A stretch of DNA of 64,000 bases. Origin: Macrostomum lignano (Eukaryota). The notes beneath the pieces are model-generated. The model was not told the DNA's origin. It did no database searches and saw nothing but the letters and a program-made list of their open reading frames with translations. Made by a program: the position numbers and the translations under genes. Below, piece by piece: positions 36,360 to 48,978 of the stretch (the first letter of the stretch is position 1; each line of letters opens with the position of its first letter). The DNA lies in NCBI GenBank assembly GCA_002269645.1, contig NIVC01003722.1:16578-80577 (forward strand), read 5' to 3'.

Positions 36360-39300
36360 ATGCCTTCAATAGCGGCCAACAGGGACTCAAACTATGCGTC
36401 CATTGATTTTCACTATGGCGAGAATAGCGACGGCTACGGCGACACTCGCGGCTGTTGCTCGTCCCTGCGCCAGATCACCTGGGCAAGCCTTCGGCAAGAG
36501 ATTCAACTGCTGCTCAAGATTGGCTGGCCTGTGGTGAGTCGGGAGGGGGGTCTTCTTTGATAGTTGAGCTTGCTAGGTAGGACTGTGAAGGCTTTGCAAA
36601 TTTTCTACATCAAACAGACCCTAAATTTCAAAAACTTGGGGGGGGGGGTTCCAGGACATCACTGTACTTTTTCTGTGAACACACGCTGCTTCGTCATAAA
36701 TTATATTCTATCATAAAGAGAAATCAATTCTGGAAAAATAGAAATAAACAGACTTACTTTCACACGCAACCTTTATAATGGCATGATTAATAATTTCTGC
36801 CTTCGAAACAATGCACACCGTTTGCTAATGTAGAGTCTGTGCTTAAATCTTGTTCATGTCGCCACCAATGAGTCATCGATCATTGCTCTGACAAGTCGCT
36901 TACATTTTCTGACTGAGCTGACATTCCCTATTGTGTAACAGTTCATGCTGTCAAATTTTAATTTATCTTTTTTTCAGATTGTAACCAATTTTTTAAACTT
37001 TGTCATCCTCTCCGAGAGTGTGATGATGTGCGGTCACCTCACGAAGGACGAACTTGATGGGGCTGCACTGGCCAATAGTGTAAGCTGTGGCTGGGACTGG
37101 CGTGGCCTCGTGGGGCCAATCAGATGGAACTGGGCGTGGGGGCTCTGAGGGGGAGGGGGCGATCATTTAAGGTGGGACTCTGTTCAGGTAAGTTCGAGGA
37201 TCGGAAAGAAGCGGAGAGACAGATTTGTCTAAGAATGAGGGACCTTAGAGGCATGCAGATTCTCAATAATAATGAGGCAGATTCTCAATGGTAGTGAGGC
37301 AGATTCTCAATAATAATAAGGCAGATTCTCAATGGTAGTGAGGCAGATTCTCAATAATAATAAGGCAGATTCTCAATGGTAGTGAGGCAGATTCCCAATA
37401 AAACTGAGGCGTATTTTTAATGGTGGTGAGGCAGATTCTCAATAATAATGAGGCAGATTCTCAATAATAATGAGGCAGATTCTCAATAATAATGAGGCAG
37501 ATTCTCAATAATAATGAGGCAGATTCTCAATAATAATGAGGCAGATTCTCAATAATAATGAGGCAGATTCTCAATAAAAGTGAGGCAGATTCTCAATAAA
37601 AGTGAGGCAGATTCTCAATAATAATGAGGCAGATTCTCAATAAAAGTGAGGCAGATTCTCAATAAAAGTGAGGCAGATTCTCAATAAAAGTGAGGCAGAT
37701 TCTCAATAATAATGAGGCAGATTCTCAATAATAATGAGGCAGATTCTCAATAATAATGAGGCAGATTCTCAATAAAAGTGAGGCAGATTCTCAATAAAAG
37801 TGAGGCAGATTCTCAATAATAATGAGGCAGATTCTCAATAATAATGAGGCAGATTCTCAATAATAATGAGGCAGATTCTCAATAAAAGTGAGGCAGATTC
37901 TCAATAATAATGAGGCAGATTCTCAATAATAATAAGGCAGATTCTCAATGGTAGTGAGGCAGATTCCCAATAAAACTGAGGCGTATTTTTAATGGTGGTG
38001 AGGCAGATTCTCAATAATAATGAGGCAGATTCTCAATAATAATAAGGCAGATTCTCAATGGTAGTGAGGCAGATTCCCAATAAAACTGAGGCGTATTTTT
38101 AATGGTGGTGAGGCAGATTCTCAATAATAATGAGGCAGATTCTCAATAATAATGAGGCAGATTCTCAATAATAATGAGGCAGATTCTCAATAATAATGAG
38201 GCAGATTCTCAATAATAATGAGGCAGATTCTCAATAATAATGAGGCAGATTCTCAATAATAATGAGGCAGATTCTCAATAATAATGAGGCAGATTCTCAA
38301 TAATAATGAGGCAGATTCTCAATAATAATGAGGCAGATTCTCAATAAAAGTGAGGCAGATTCTCAATAAAAGTGAGGCAGATTCTCAATAAAAGTGAGGC
38401 AGATTCTCAATAAAAGTGAGGCAGATTCTCAAGCGGGCGGAGAGGCAGATTCTTAAGGACGGAGAGGCAGATTCTTAAGGACGGAGAGGCAGATTCTTAA
38501 GGGCGGAGAGGCAGATTCTTAAGAACGAAGAGACAGATTCTTAAGGACGGAGAGGCAGATTCTTAAGGGCGGAGAGGCAGATTCTCAAGCGGGCGGAGAG
38601 GCAGATTCTCAAGCGGGCGGAGAGGCAGATTCTTAAGGACGGAGAGGCAGATTCTTAAGGACGGAGAGGCAGATTCTTAAGGGCGGAGAGGCAGATTCTT
38701 AAGGACGGAGAGGCAGATTCTCATGGGCGGAGAGGCAGATTCTCATGGGCGGAGAGGCAGATTCTCATGGGCGGAGAGGCAGATCAGAAAGCGAACAATT
38801 AAGATGCCATACCTCAGAACGATCGCTGCCTTGAAAGCATCGAATTCCCACCCACTGTACAGCTGATCAACGCCCTGGGGCTCAGCATCGGCGTCGGCCT
38901 GTGCACCGGATGCGACACCCTGTTCTCGCAGTCCTACGGCAGCGTCAACAAGAGGCGGATGGGCACCTACCTGCTGCAGAGTGAGTGGAATTCTTGTGAG
39001 GTATTAATCTACTGGAGTAAGCAAATTGATATTAAAGTTCACAAGATCCTTCAAGAAAGATATTGTAAATAAGAAAACCGTAATAAAAGATAAAATTAGA
39101 TAACTCAATTATAAAACAGTAACTGTTCAGCCTTCAAAAGTTTTCTAAGAAACAAGTGTTTCGCCCATCTATTTTTTTCATCCTTGATAATAACTTTATC
39201 AAGTCTGGCGCTCCGACTGACGAAATTAAATGCCGCAATAAAACCCCAGGTCTGATGATAATTGGCCTGTTTCCGTTTCTGATCTGGGCGGTGCACATCA

Positions 39301-42300
39301 ACATCCTGCCGATACTGCTGGCGCTTGGCCAGCTGCCCAACGTGTCTCTGTGAGAATCTGCGCGATAATACTGAGTTTTATCGAGTGTCAGGGAGTGAGG
39401 ATGGTGTGAGAGTCAGGGAGTGTGGATGGTGTGAGAGTCAGGGGTTGAGGGTGGCATGAGAGTCAGGAGGTGAGGGTGGCATGAGAGTCAGGGGGTGAGG
39501 GTGGCATGAGAGTCCGGGGTGAGGGTGGCATGAGAGTCAGAGAGTGAGATGGGATAAGAGTCAGAGAGTGAGGTGGCATGACAGTCAGTAAGTGAGGTAG
39601 GATGAGAGTCAGGGAGTGAGGTGTGAAGCGTGAGAGTCAGTGAGTGAGGTAGGATGAGAGTCAGGGTGTGAGGCGGGTGGCATGAGAGTCAGTAAGTGAG
39701 GTAGGATGAGAGTCAGGGAGTGAGGTATGAAGCGTGAGAGTCAGTGAGTGAGGTGGGGTGAGAGTCAGTGAGTGAGAGTTATCAAGCCGCTCACCTCATT
39801 GCCACAACGCACTGGCATTTCAGCCTGGCAGCCGAGTACATGCTGTGGTTCTCACCAGGGGTCATAGTAAGTGACCAGATTCCTACAGTTGCCGCTCAGA
39901 CTTGGCGGGCACAAAGACCAATGTCGTTATTGTTATTGTTCATAATAATTCCAGTTCAACTTTTTCTACCTGATCCTGGCTCGGTACTTGCAAAATCAGG
40001 ACCGAGTCTACGCGCCAATGCTCTGCGCAGTGGCTGGCAACGTTTTCAATTTGATCTCGCAGTACCTCTGCATCTACGTGTGGAACTTCGGCTTCGTGTG
40101 AGTCGTCAGTTTTCATAGGTTTTCAGTTTTTGGCGTCGTTCGGTGCGTTTTGCTCGAGCGCTTACCTCCCCCAGCCATGGACGCTCACCCTATGGATACT
40201 TACTCCCGAGTCAAAGACACTCACCCTATGGATACTTACTCCCGAGTCAAAGACACTCACCCTATGGATACTTACTCCCGAGTCAAAGACACTCACCCTA
40301 TGGATACTTACTCCCGAGTCAAAGACACTCACCCTATGGATACTTACTCCCGAGTCAAAGACACTCACCCTATGGATACTTACTCCCGAGTCAAAGACAC
40401 TCACCCTATGGATACTTACTCCCGAGTCAAAGACACTCACCCTATGGATACTTACTCCCGAGTCAAAGACACTCACCCTATGGATACTTACTCCCGAGTC
40501 AAAGACACTCACCCTATGGATACTTACTCCCGAGTCAAAGACACTCACCCTATGGATACTTACTCCCGAGTCAAAGACACTCACCCTATGGATACTTACT
40601 CCCGAGTCAAAGACACTCACCCTATGGACGCACCCCCCCGAGGCGACTCGAGTCAAGGACACTCACCCTATGGACGCACCCCCCCCCGAGCGACTCAAGT
40701 CAAGGACACTCACCCTATGGACGCACCCCCCAAGCGACTCGAGTCAAGGACACTTACCCGATGGACACTTACCCCTTCCCCCGAGTCAAGGACACTCACG
40801 CTATGGACAGACCCCCTGAGTCAAGGACACTCGCACTATGGACACACCCCCGAGTCAAAAGCACTCACCCTATGGACACACCCCTGAGTCAAGGATACTC
40901 ATCCTATGGATACACCCCCGAGCGACTCGAGTCAAGAACACCCCAGAGTCATCCCAGAGTCAAGGACTTGACTTACTTTGACTTAGCTGCAGGGTGGTCC
41001 GTAGACACAGCGGGGAGGCGAGGGTCGCCCATTCCGCTAGCCCCTGAAGGCCCGCAGACAGGCAGAGGCGTGGGGCCGGTCAGGGTGGTCCGCCGGTCCG
41101 TCCTGCAGCGTGATCTTCCGTTGGGAAGAAACTGGCTCGTCTAGTCGCCCGAAGGAACTGGATGAGCCGTGGGATGCTGTCGGGCTGGCAAACCTCGTCA
41201 ATGGACGGGTTCGGCCCGAGGTAGCGTAGCCGGTCTCTGTTAAAGAAAGGGCAGTGACAGACAAAGTGCTGAGCATCTTCATTGTCGCACTCGCAAAAGG
41301 GGCAAATTTCGCTCTCGAGGTCGCCTCGGAGGAAGCAGTGCCTGGCGAGGTAGCCATGGCCGGTAAGGGTCATGACAAGGGCTCGAATATCCTTCCGATT
41401 CTGGTTCAGAAGGATGTTTCTGAGCCTGTGAGACGGGCAAGGAACCGCGGCACGAGATTGCCGGCAGTTTTGGGTGCCCGCCCATCTGTCCCTGTGGAGG
41501 GAGTCAGCCCAGTCGTCGATCTGACGATTGATGACTGTCAAGGGCATAGGGACCAGGGGGGCAGGGCCGAAAAAAGAGCCAGAGCCGCCCCTCTTGGCGA
41601 GGGTGTCTGCCAGCTCGTTCCCCGGAAACCCTGCGTGCCCTGGGATCCACTTCAGCCTGACAGTATTGCTTCTGGCCAGGAGGTTGAGCTGCCGGGCGCA
41701 GTCGGCGACTGTCCGGGAGTTCGTTGTGGTGTGGCAAAGGGCCTGTAAGGCCGCTTGGCTGTCGGAGTGGATGACAATAGTCTTTCCTCTCGTAACCTTG
41801 GCGTTTAGCTCTGCAGCGCAAGAGCTGATGGCAAGGACTTCGTTCTGGAAGACTGTGGAGAGTCTACCAGTGTGCTGGGCATGCGTGGCAATTACGCGGC
41901 CGTTGATGATGATGCAGACCCCAAAGCCGGCGCGACCGTCTTTGATGGATCCGTCCGTGTAGCAATGGACCTCCTGGAAATTCCAGTGGTCATTGGCAGC
42001 ATCCCTAGAGGGGATGGTGACCTTGTAGCGCTGAAAGAGGTTGAGAGTGCGGGGTTCGCCGTCAGATAGGACGTGGAGCCCGCCGCTGTCTCTCAAGTCC
42101 TTGAGGCAGAGGTCAGCGTGGGGCAGAAGCTTGCGCTTAGCCATGGCCCTATGGGGCTGGATTCGAATGCCAGCGTCAGCTAGACGGCGGGCAGTCTTAG
42201 CCGCTTCCCTGCGGACAAAGATGTCCAGCGGAGGAATGTTGAGGAAGGCGTTGAGGCCATCGTAAGGAGCAGACGGAGGGGCGCTCATGATCGTGCGACA

Positions 42301-45300
42301 AGCGCGCCCTTGCGCTCTCCTGAGAGCCTCTAGACAGGTCTTTATCTGCAGGGCGCTAGCCCAGATCAGGCCGCCATACGAGATAGCGGGCCTAACCATT
42401 GCAGTGTAGATCCACCAGAGGCGCTTGGGGGTGAGCCCCCAGGTGGTGCCGACGGCCCTGCGCAATTGCGCGAGGACTGCGAAGGCCTTTTTGGCTTTTG
42501 TTTGAACGTGGGGAGACCAGTTCAGCCTGTGGTCCAGGGTAATACCCAGACATTTAGTCTGCTTGCAGAAGGGGATTTCCCTTCCGTAAAGCGTGAGCGG
42601 CCGAATCTGCCACTTGGTCCTGCTGGTGAACATGATCGCTGCGGTCTTAGTCTCAGAGAGCCTTAAACCACAGCGGTCCGCCCATTGCTCAGCAGCGTAG
42701 ATGAAGTTCTGAAGAAGGTCCCTGAGGGTATCAGGGGACGGACCAGATGCCACCGCGGTGACATCGTCCGCATATCCAACTTTCAGAATGGGGTCAGGCC
42801 GAACATCCCGGAGGAGCTCATCGATGACCATATTCCAGAGAACTGGAGACAGCACCCCACCTTGCGGGCTACCTTTGCAGACGGGGACCGTCCTCTGGTA
42901 GCCCAGCAGACTGGCGGTGGCCGTGCGATGGCTGATCATGTACATGATCCATCTGGTGAGATGTGAGTGCGTTAGCCTCTCACAAAGAGCTCTTCGGAAC
43001 GCCTCAAAGAGGACGTTATCGAAGGCGCCAATGATGTCCAGGAAGATCCCCAGAGCAAAGCCACTACCAAGCACGGCCTTCTCGAGTTTATCGACCAGGA
43101 CGTGCAGCGCGCTTTCAGTGGAGCGACCCGCCCGAAAAGCGTGCTGGTTCTCGCTGAGAGGTTTGTTCTTCAGCTCAACAGAGAGAAGGCGCCAAAGCAC
43201 CAGTCTCTCCATCAGCTTGACCAGGGAGGAGGTCAAGCTGATCGGTCTGAAGGATTTGATAGAATGGTAGTCCGGGCGGCCTGGCTTAGGGATAAAGATC
43301 ACCTTTGCCTCGGTCCATGCCTGCGGGACATAACCAAGCGTGATGCATGCCCGAAGAAGGCTGCAAAGTTTGCGCAGGAAGCCTGGGCATTTAACCGCCT
43401 CTCTCAGAAGGGCCGGTACAATGCCGTCGGGTCCTGGGGCTTTGAAAGGCTTGAAGGAATTTGCCGCTCTCACAATGCGGTCCTCCGTGATGATAGATGC
43501 AGCCAGCGCGTGACCTCCCTCCGAGTGATCCGGAGTGGTCTGGTTAGCTGGCTCGTTAGGGAAAAACGCAGTGAGCATTACATCAAGCGTTTCCCCTGGG
43601 TTGTCCGTGGACGTACCGTCGGTGCGTTTGACCGAGGAGAGCTTAGACATTTTGTCCAGCGTGAGCGCTTTCACAACTCTGGAGGTGGGGCGTGAGCCCT
43701 CTAGCTCCTCACAGTATTGTCGCCATTTTTGAGCCTTTGCATTCCTAACCTGCCTTTTAAACTCATGAATTGCTTCATGATAGGCGGTTTGGTCTGCAGG
43801 GCTCTTAGTTTTAGTTGCTCTGCGGTGGAGTCTCTTAGCCCTGCGACGGAGGTTGCCGAGCTCGGGATTCCACCACGGCGCCGATTTTTTCCCTTTATAG
43901 GCTTTTAAAGGGCAGGACGCCTCAAAGGCGGCGGTTAGCGTCTCTGTCAAAACAGTCGCGCACTCATCCGCCTCTCGGCACGACGTGATCGTGAATGGTT
44001 GGCCAGGAGACCGATGGAATTCCTTCAGGGCGAGCCCGAAGGTTTCCCAATCAGTATTTCTGGCGTTCCGTCTCCACATAACACGAGTTGCGCTACGCGC
44101 GGCCATTAGGTTGAAGGAGATGAACTTGTGATCCGATAGTGAGGACACTGGAAGCACCCGCCACGCCCCAATACTCTGGTAGAGTCTGGGCGTTGCGAGC
44201 GTAGCGTCGATCACCTCCGACCACCGTCCGTTGTCAAAGGTAGGGGTGGACCCAGAGTTGCAGAACTCGAGGGTCGTAGAGGCAACGTAGGCTAGGAGGT
44301 CTTCGCCTCTCTGATTAATGCCAGTGCTGCCCCAGTGAGTGTGGTGGGCGTTGATGTCGCCGGCAACCATGAGCTCGTAGTTTTTGGCAGAGCAGAGCTC
44401 TACCAGCGTAGCGAGGGCTCTGGGGACGACCGCAGCATCGCCTGGTAGGTAAACCGAGGCAATGAGGGTGGTCTTCCCAGGAAGAAGGTCCTCGGATTGG
44501 ATGACGCAGATGTCCCTGTTGGACAGGTCCGATCTGAGCCACGCACTGAGCGTTTTGCTCGCAAAGATGCAAGCTCTGGGAGGCTGGTTGGCCTCGCGAG
44601 GGTAAGTATAAAAACAATTGTAGCCAGCAGGGGCGTTTTGAGGCTTACCTCTGAGAGTCCAGGGTTCCTGGACGAGGATGAGCCCCGGCTTGTCGAGCTC
44701 GGCGTAACGCATAAGGTTGACCGAGGCTGCGACGCAGTGCTGCAGATTAATCTGCAGGCAATGGATTCCCTGGTTGCTGATCATTATCACGCAGTTGGGG
44801 AATCGTTGAGCAGGTCATCCTCCTCCTTTTCAGTGGTGGGTGACCCGCAGACCTCCATGGGAGTTTCAGCGTCCTCAGCAGTTAGGGTGGCTGTGGAGTC
44901 CTCCGCGGACGTGAGCCCAGCGTGGACGTTACCGTCGCCTCTCCTGCGTGCTTCGGTGCTGTCACTGCCCGTCCCCTCTGCCTCGTCGGTCAGGTCGATG
45001 CGGGTGGCGCCAGCCTCCTGGTGAGTCACAGACTCGAACCAGTCGGTCGGAGCCTCCCCGCTTAGAGTCTGGCCTTCTGGCTGTTGGGGTGGAGCGCGAG
45101 AAGCGCGGGCCCGCTCACGATGCGCACGAAGGTTCTTGGCCTGGTCCAGCGCGCGCTGGATCAGGCCGGACCTCCGGGTGCTCCTGGCGGGTCTGCGATT
45201 GCGATTTCCGGTTTCAGCAGCGCGAACTGCCTTACCGGGCATAGGATCGGCCGTTTGCCTCGGCTTCTTTGCCGGAGGAGCCTGGGCCCCAGTTCCGGTT

Positions 45301-48300
45301 TCGGAAGCTTTGGCATTCTTGGCTTCATCAGCTTTCCGCTCCTCGCAACGGAGGATGGTCAGCTGAGTCAGACCAATATGAATTGTGGACTTAGGCGGCA
45401 AGCGCTTAGCCCAGTCATCAGAGAGCCCTAGGATCACCGTAGCCCCCTTCTCCTTGCGGGAAGTGGCGTGGTGTAGGAGCCCGTTGACCTTAAGGTCGGG
45501 GTGCAGCTTTAGCAATATTTGCCTAAGCTGATCTCCGGACTTAATGGCACTGCCGGCCGGGATCCAGACGCGAAAGCGCTGGGTCTTCTGTCGTTCGCCC
45601 TCGCTGGCGAAGACGAGCTTGCCGAGCTTCTTGGGCCAGTTCAGCTTTGGCAGAAGCTCGCGTAGATTGCGGCTGCTCTCCTCCGAGCTGCACCAGATGA
45701 AGATGCAGCCGTCGGTCTTGGCAGACTTGACCACGCTCACAGGGCGGCCCGCCAGGAGCTGGTCGATGAGCGCAGCATCGATGGTGCGCCAGGCACTGTC
45801 GAGCTCGTCGGCCGTGAGGTCCTGCTCTTCCCCGAAGACGATGACCGCCGGTTGGAGCTTGACCTTTGAGGCGTAGTTGGTGGCGGCGGTTCCCGAAGGC
45901 CCGGCCGCGCTTGTAGCAGGTATACTGGGTGGCTCACCAGCGGGGGTTGTATCCTGGGGGCAGGGGTTGCTGTGGTTCCTTTCGGCCCAACAGCAGCCTC
46001 GCCCTCCCTAGGTTCCCCTTCCGCCGGTGGCCGGCCCGCAGTACCCCGTAGTCGCCGTCGCCGCTCGTTGCGGCGTTGGTTGCGGGTGCGTCGGGCTTCA
46101 GCGGAGGGCCCGGTTGCGCGTGCGGGCATGTCACCAGCCGAGCCGGCGGCAAGCCCATCTGCCCCCGGTGGGGCGGCGCTGGTGCCAGAGTCACCGGCCG
46201 GAGTTGCCGGGGCCCCGGCTTCAGCGGGGGTTAAAGAGGCGGATGACGCCATAGCTGAAAGCGGGAAGGAGTGAGCTGAGTCACAAAAGAAAGAGGAAAG
46301 AAGAAAAAGAAAAGGACCGCTAGCGACCGGACAACCCCCCGGCCTTCCAGCCCATCGGCACGGTCAAACACCTTAGGCATTAGGGGTACGTTAAGCAGTA
46401 CCACGGCCTGCAGGCTGGCAAGCCAGACCCGCATACCCAAATTCGGCCGAAGCCACTGGATGGGTCGCCAGCGTCGGAGCCCAGTCTGTCCAGCAGCCCT
46501 AGGGTCTGCCTTGAACACACGCGGGGACGAGTACCCTGGGTCGACTTGTGAAACAGCGTGAGGGGGGGGGGTCTGCGGCTGCCAGTGGCAAATAGCGGGT
46601 GCAGACCTCCCTCTCCAGCCTTGACCTGCTGAATATAGGGGCAGGCGTGAAGCATCGCAGACCGTAGCCCTTAGGCCTGGTCTGTCTCATACTTCACTGG
46701 CGTGCTGAATACACCTTCGCGTGCCAGAGTCAAAGACACTCACCCTATGGATACTTACTCCCGAGTCAAAGACACTCACCCTATGGACGCACCCCCCCGA
46801 GGCGACTCGAGTCAAGGACACTCACCCTATGGACGCACCCCCCCCCGAGCGACTCAAGTCAAGGACACTCACCCTATGGACGCACCCCCCAAGCGACTCG
46901 AGTCAAGGACACTTACCCGATGGACACTTACCCCTTCCCCCGAGTCAAGGACACTCACGCTATGGACAGACCCCCTGAGTCAAGGACACTCGCACTATGG
47001 ACACACCCCCGAGTCAAAAGCACTCACCCTATGGACACACCCCTGAGTCAAGGATACTCATCCTATGGATACACCCCCGAGCGACTCGAGTCAAGAACAC
47101 CCCAGAGTCATCCCAGAGTCAAGGACACTCACCCTATGGACACACCCCCCGAGTCAAGGACACTCACCCTATGGACACGCCCCTGAGTCAAGGACACCCT
47201 CCTATAGGACACTAATCCTATGGACACCTCACCATATGGGCACTTCCCTAAGTGATGGACACTCATATTACCTCAGGTCTGCCCCACCCCACCTCTGGCC
47301 TGGCACTTAAATAAATTCTCATTGATTCGAAGTTTGACCCTCTCTTTGCCTTCCACTTCATGGAAGTTGTGTTTGTGCATGACATGCACAAACAGCGCCT
47401 CACGCAGCACCAGCTGCAGATAACCCGATCCCAGCTCTCCCCATTTCACTCTCGCCCAGTTCGAGCGCAGTCTGCCAGGCCCTGACCTTCGTCATCATGT
47501 TCGTCCTGCTGATTGGTTACATCGTCTTCAGCCATGTGTACGTGGAGACCTGGAATGGCTGGGACGTAGAGAGCCTCTTCAACTGGTGGCAGTTTCTCAA
47601 GCTGGCCCTGCCGGGAATGGGAATGGTCAGCTTGGAAACCTTCTGCTGGGAGGTTGGCACCTTTGTGGCCGGTGAGTGGCGCTTGACTAACTGCCGAACA
47701 ACTGACTGAGCTTCTAAATGTGCACTTATAAAAACCAGAAAAGCTGGTTCATTAATCTTTCTTCCTCAAGAGTCTCGAGTCAAAATAAAAACAGTGAAAT
47801 TAACGCAGCCATGCCCATTCCTGAGCAGTCACACGGACACGCACGCAGGCTCACACTCATACGATATAAAAATCTCTCCGCAGGCTACATGGGCGAGGAA
47901 GAGCTGGGCGCTCAGTCTATCCTATTTCAAACTGAAACCTGGACTTTCATGGTAAGCCAGTCCCAACTCTGGGGGCATCAAGCCCGAGTGAGCTAACGGT
48001 AGATAGATTAAAGTGACACTCCGAAACGCACCCGCAGATTGCTCTCGGCCTGTCGATTGCGGTCAACATCCGGGTTGGCCAGAGCCTGGGCGCTCTGAAC
48101 GGCAGCCGGGCCAAGCTGGTGTGGCTGGCCGGCTGCTGCTGCCTGCTCTGCTCGGCCACCGTCACTACCATCATCTTCATCACCTGCCGCAGCCTGCTGC
48201 CCTACATGTTTACTAACGACGCGTACGTTAATCACTGCTAAAGTGCATCTCATATAACGCTTTTGCCTTCTAGTAGGTCGTTTGGTGTTTCAGTTTCGCG

Positions 48301-48911
48301 TGTAGTCTCGGGGCTATTCAACAACTGATACCTGGTATAAGCAATATTGAATCGCCTATTAACAAGTAGCGAGAAGGATTTTCAAGCGAAAAAAAAGTTA
48401 AACGCAGAAAGTTAGATTGAACTTCGAACGTCATACGCGGGTGCCTACGGATAAGTAGGTTCGTAAATGTACATGTAGATAGGCAGTTGAAGGCTGCAAG
48501 TAATAAGGCCACTATGTACATCAGTAGTGTGGCTCGATAGCTCCTTTGATTTTTTCGGCGTGAACGAGCGCTAGAAAACTCACGAGACCGGTCTGGGTCT
48601 CTCACGAGTATTGTAGTAAGTAGTAAGTAGTAAAGTAAGTTTCTCGCCCGACTCAATCTTCACTTTTCCCTCCTCCGCAGGAACATAGCCGCCATCGCTG
48701 CCGGCATATTCCCAGTGCTCGGCCTGTTCCAATTCATCGACGGCATCAGCTGCATCTCAGCTGGCGCTCTGCGCGGCTGCGGCCGCCAAGCCACCGGCGC
48801 CCTGCTGGTCATCACGGCCTACTACATCATCGGTCTGCCCGTCGGAATTCCGGTGGCTCTCACCACCTCGTTGAGGGTATTCGGTGAGTGTGCTTGGATA
48901 CAGTTATGAGC

Positions 48912-48978
<67 letters not shown>

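Larger units (their letters stand above)
40968..46726 (-). mobile_element. Full-length non-LTR retrotransposon (I group, LOA/R1-like: ORF1 plus APE-RT-RNase H ORF2)
   Basis: Boundaries set by the flanking 400-bp direct repeat. 3' tail of AAGTC-type short repeats, about 470-nt 5'UTR, two ORFs. Confidence 0.93.

Noticed and set aside
41254-45876. Plus-strand ORFs inside the retrotransposon
   Set aside because: Antisense shadows of GC-rich coding sequence with no recognisable motifs.
46320-46726. HDV-like self-cleaving ribozyme in the retrotransposon 5'UTR
   Set aside because: Hairpins and L3-like strings (TTCACGC, TCCCCGC) are present, but I could not build consistent P1/P2/P3 pairings by eye. 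An RNArobo or Infernal search would be needed.
40568-47126. 400-bp direct repeats as LTRs or Penelope-like pseudo-LTRs
   Set aside because: No TG...CA ends, PBS or PPT; the enzymes are APE-type non-LTR; and the repeat is continuous with the host minisatellite on both outer sides.
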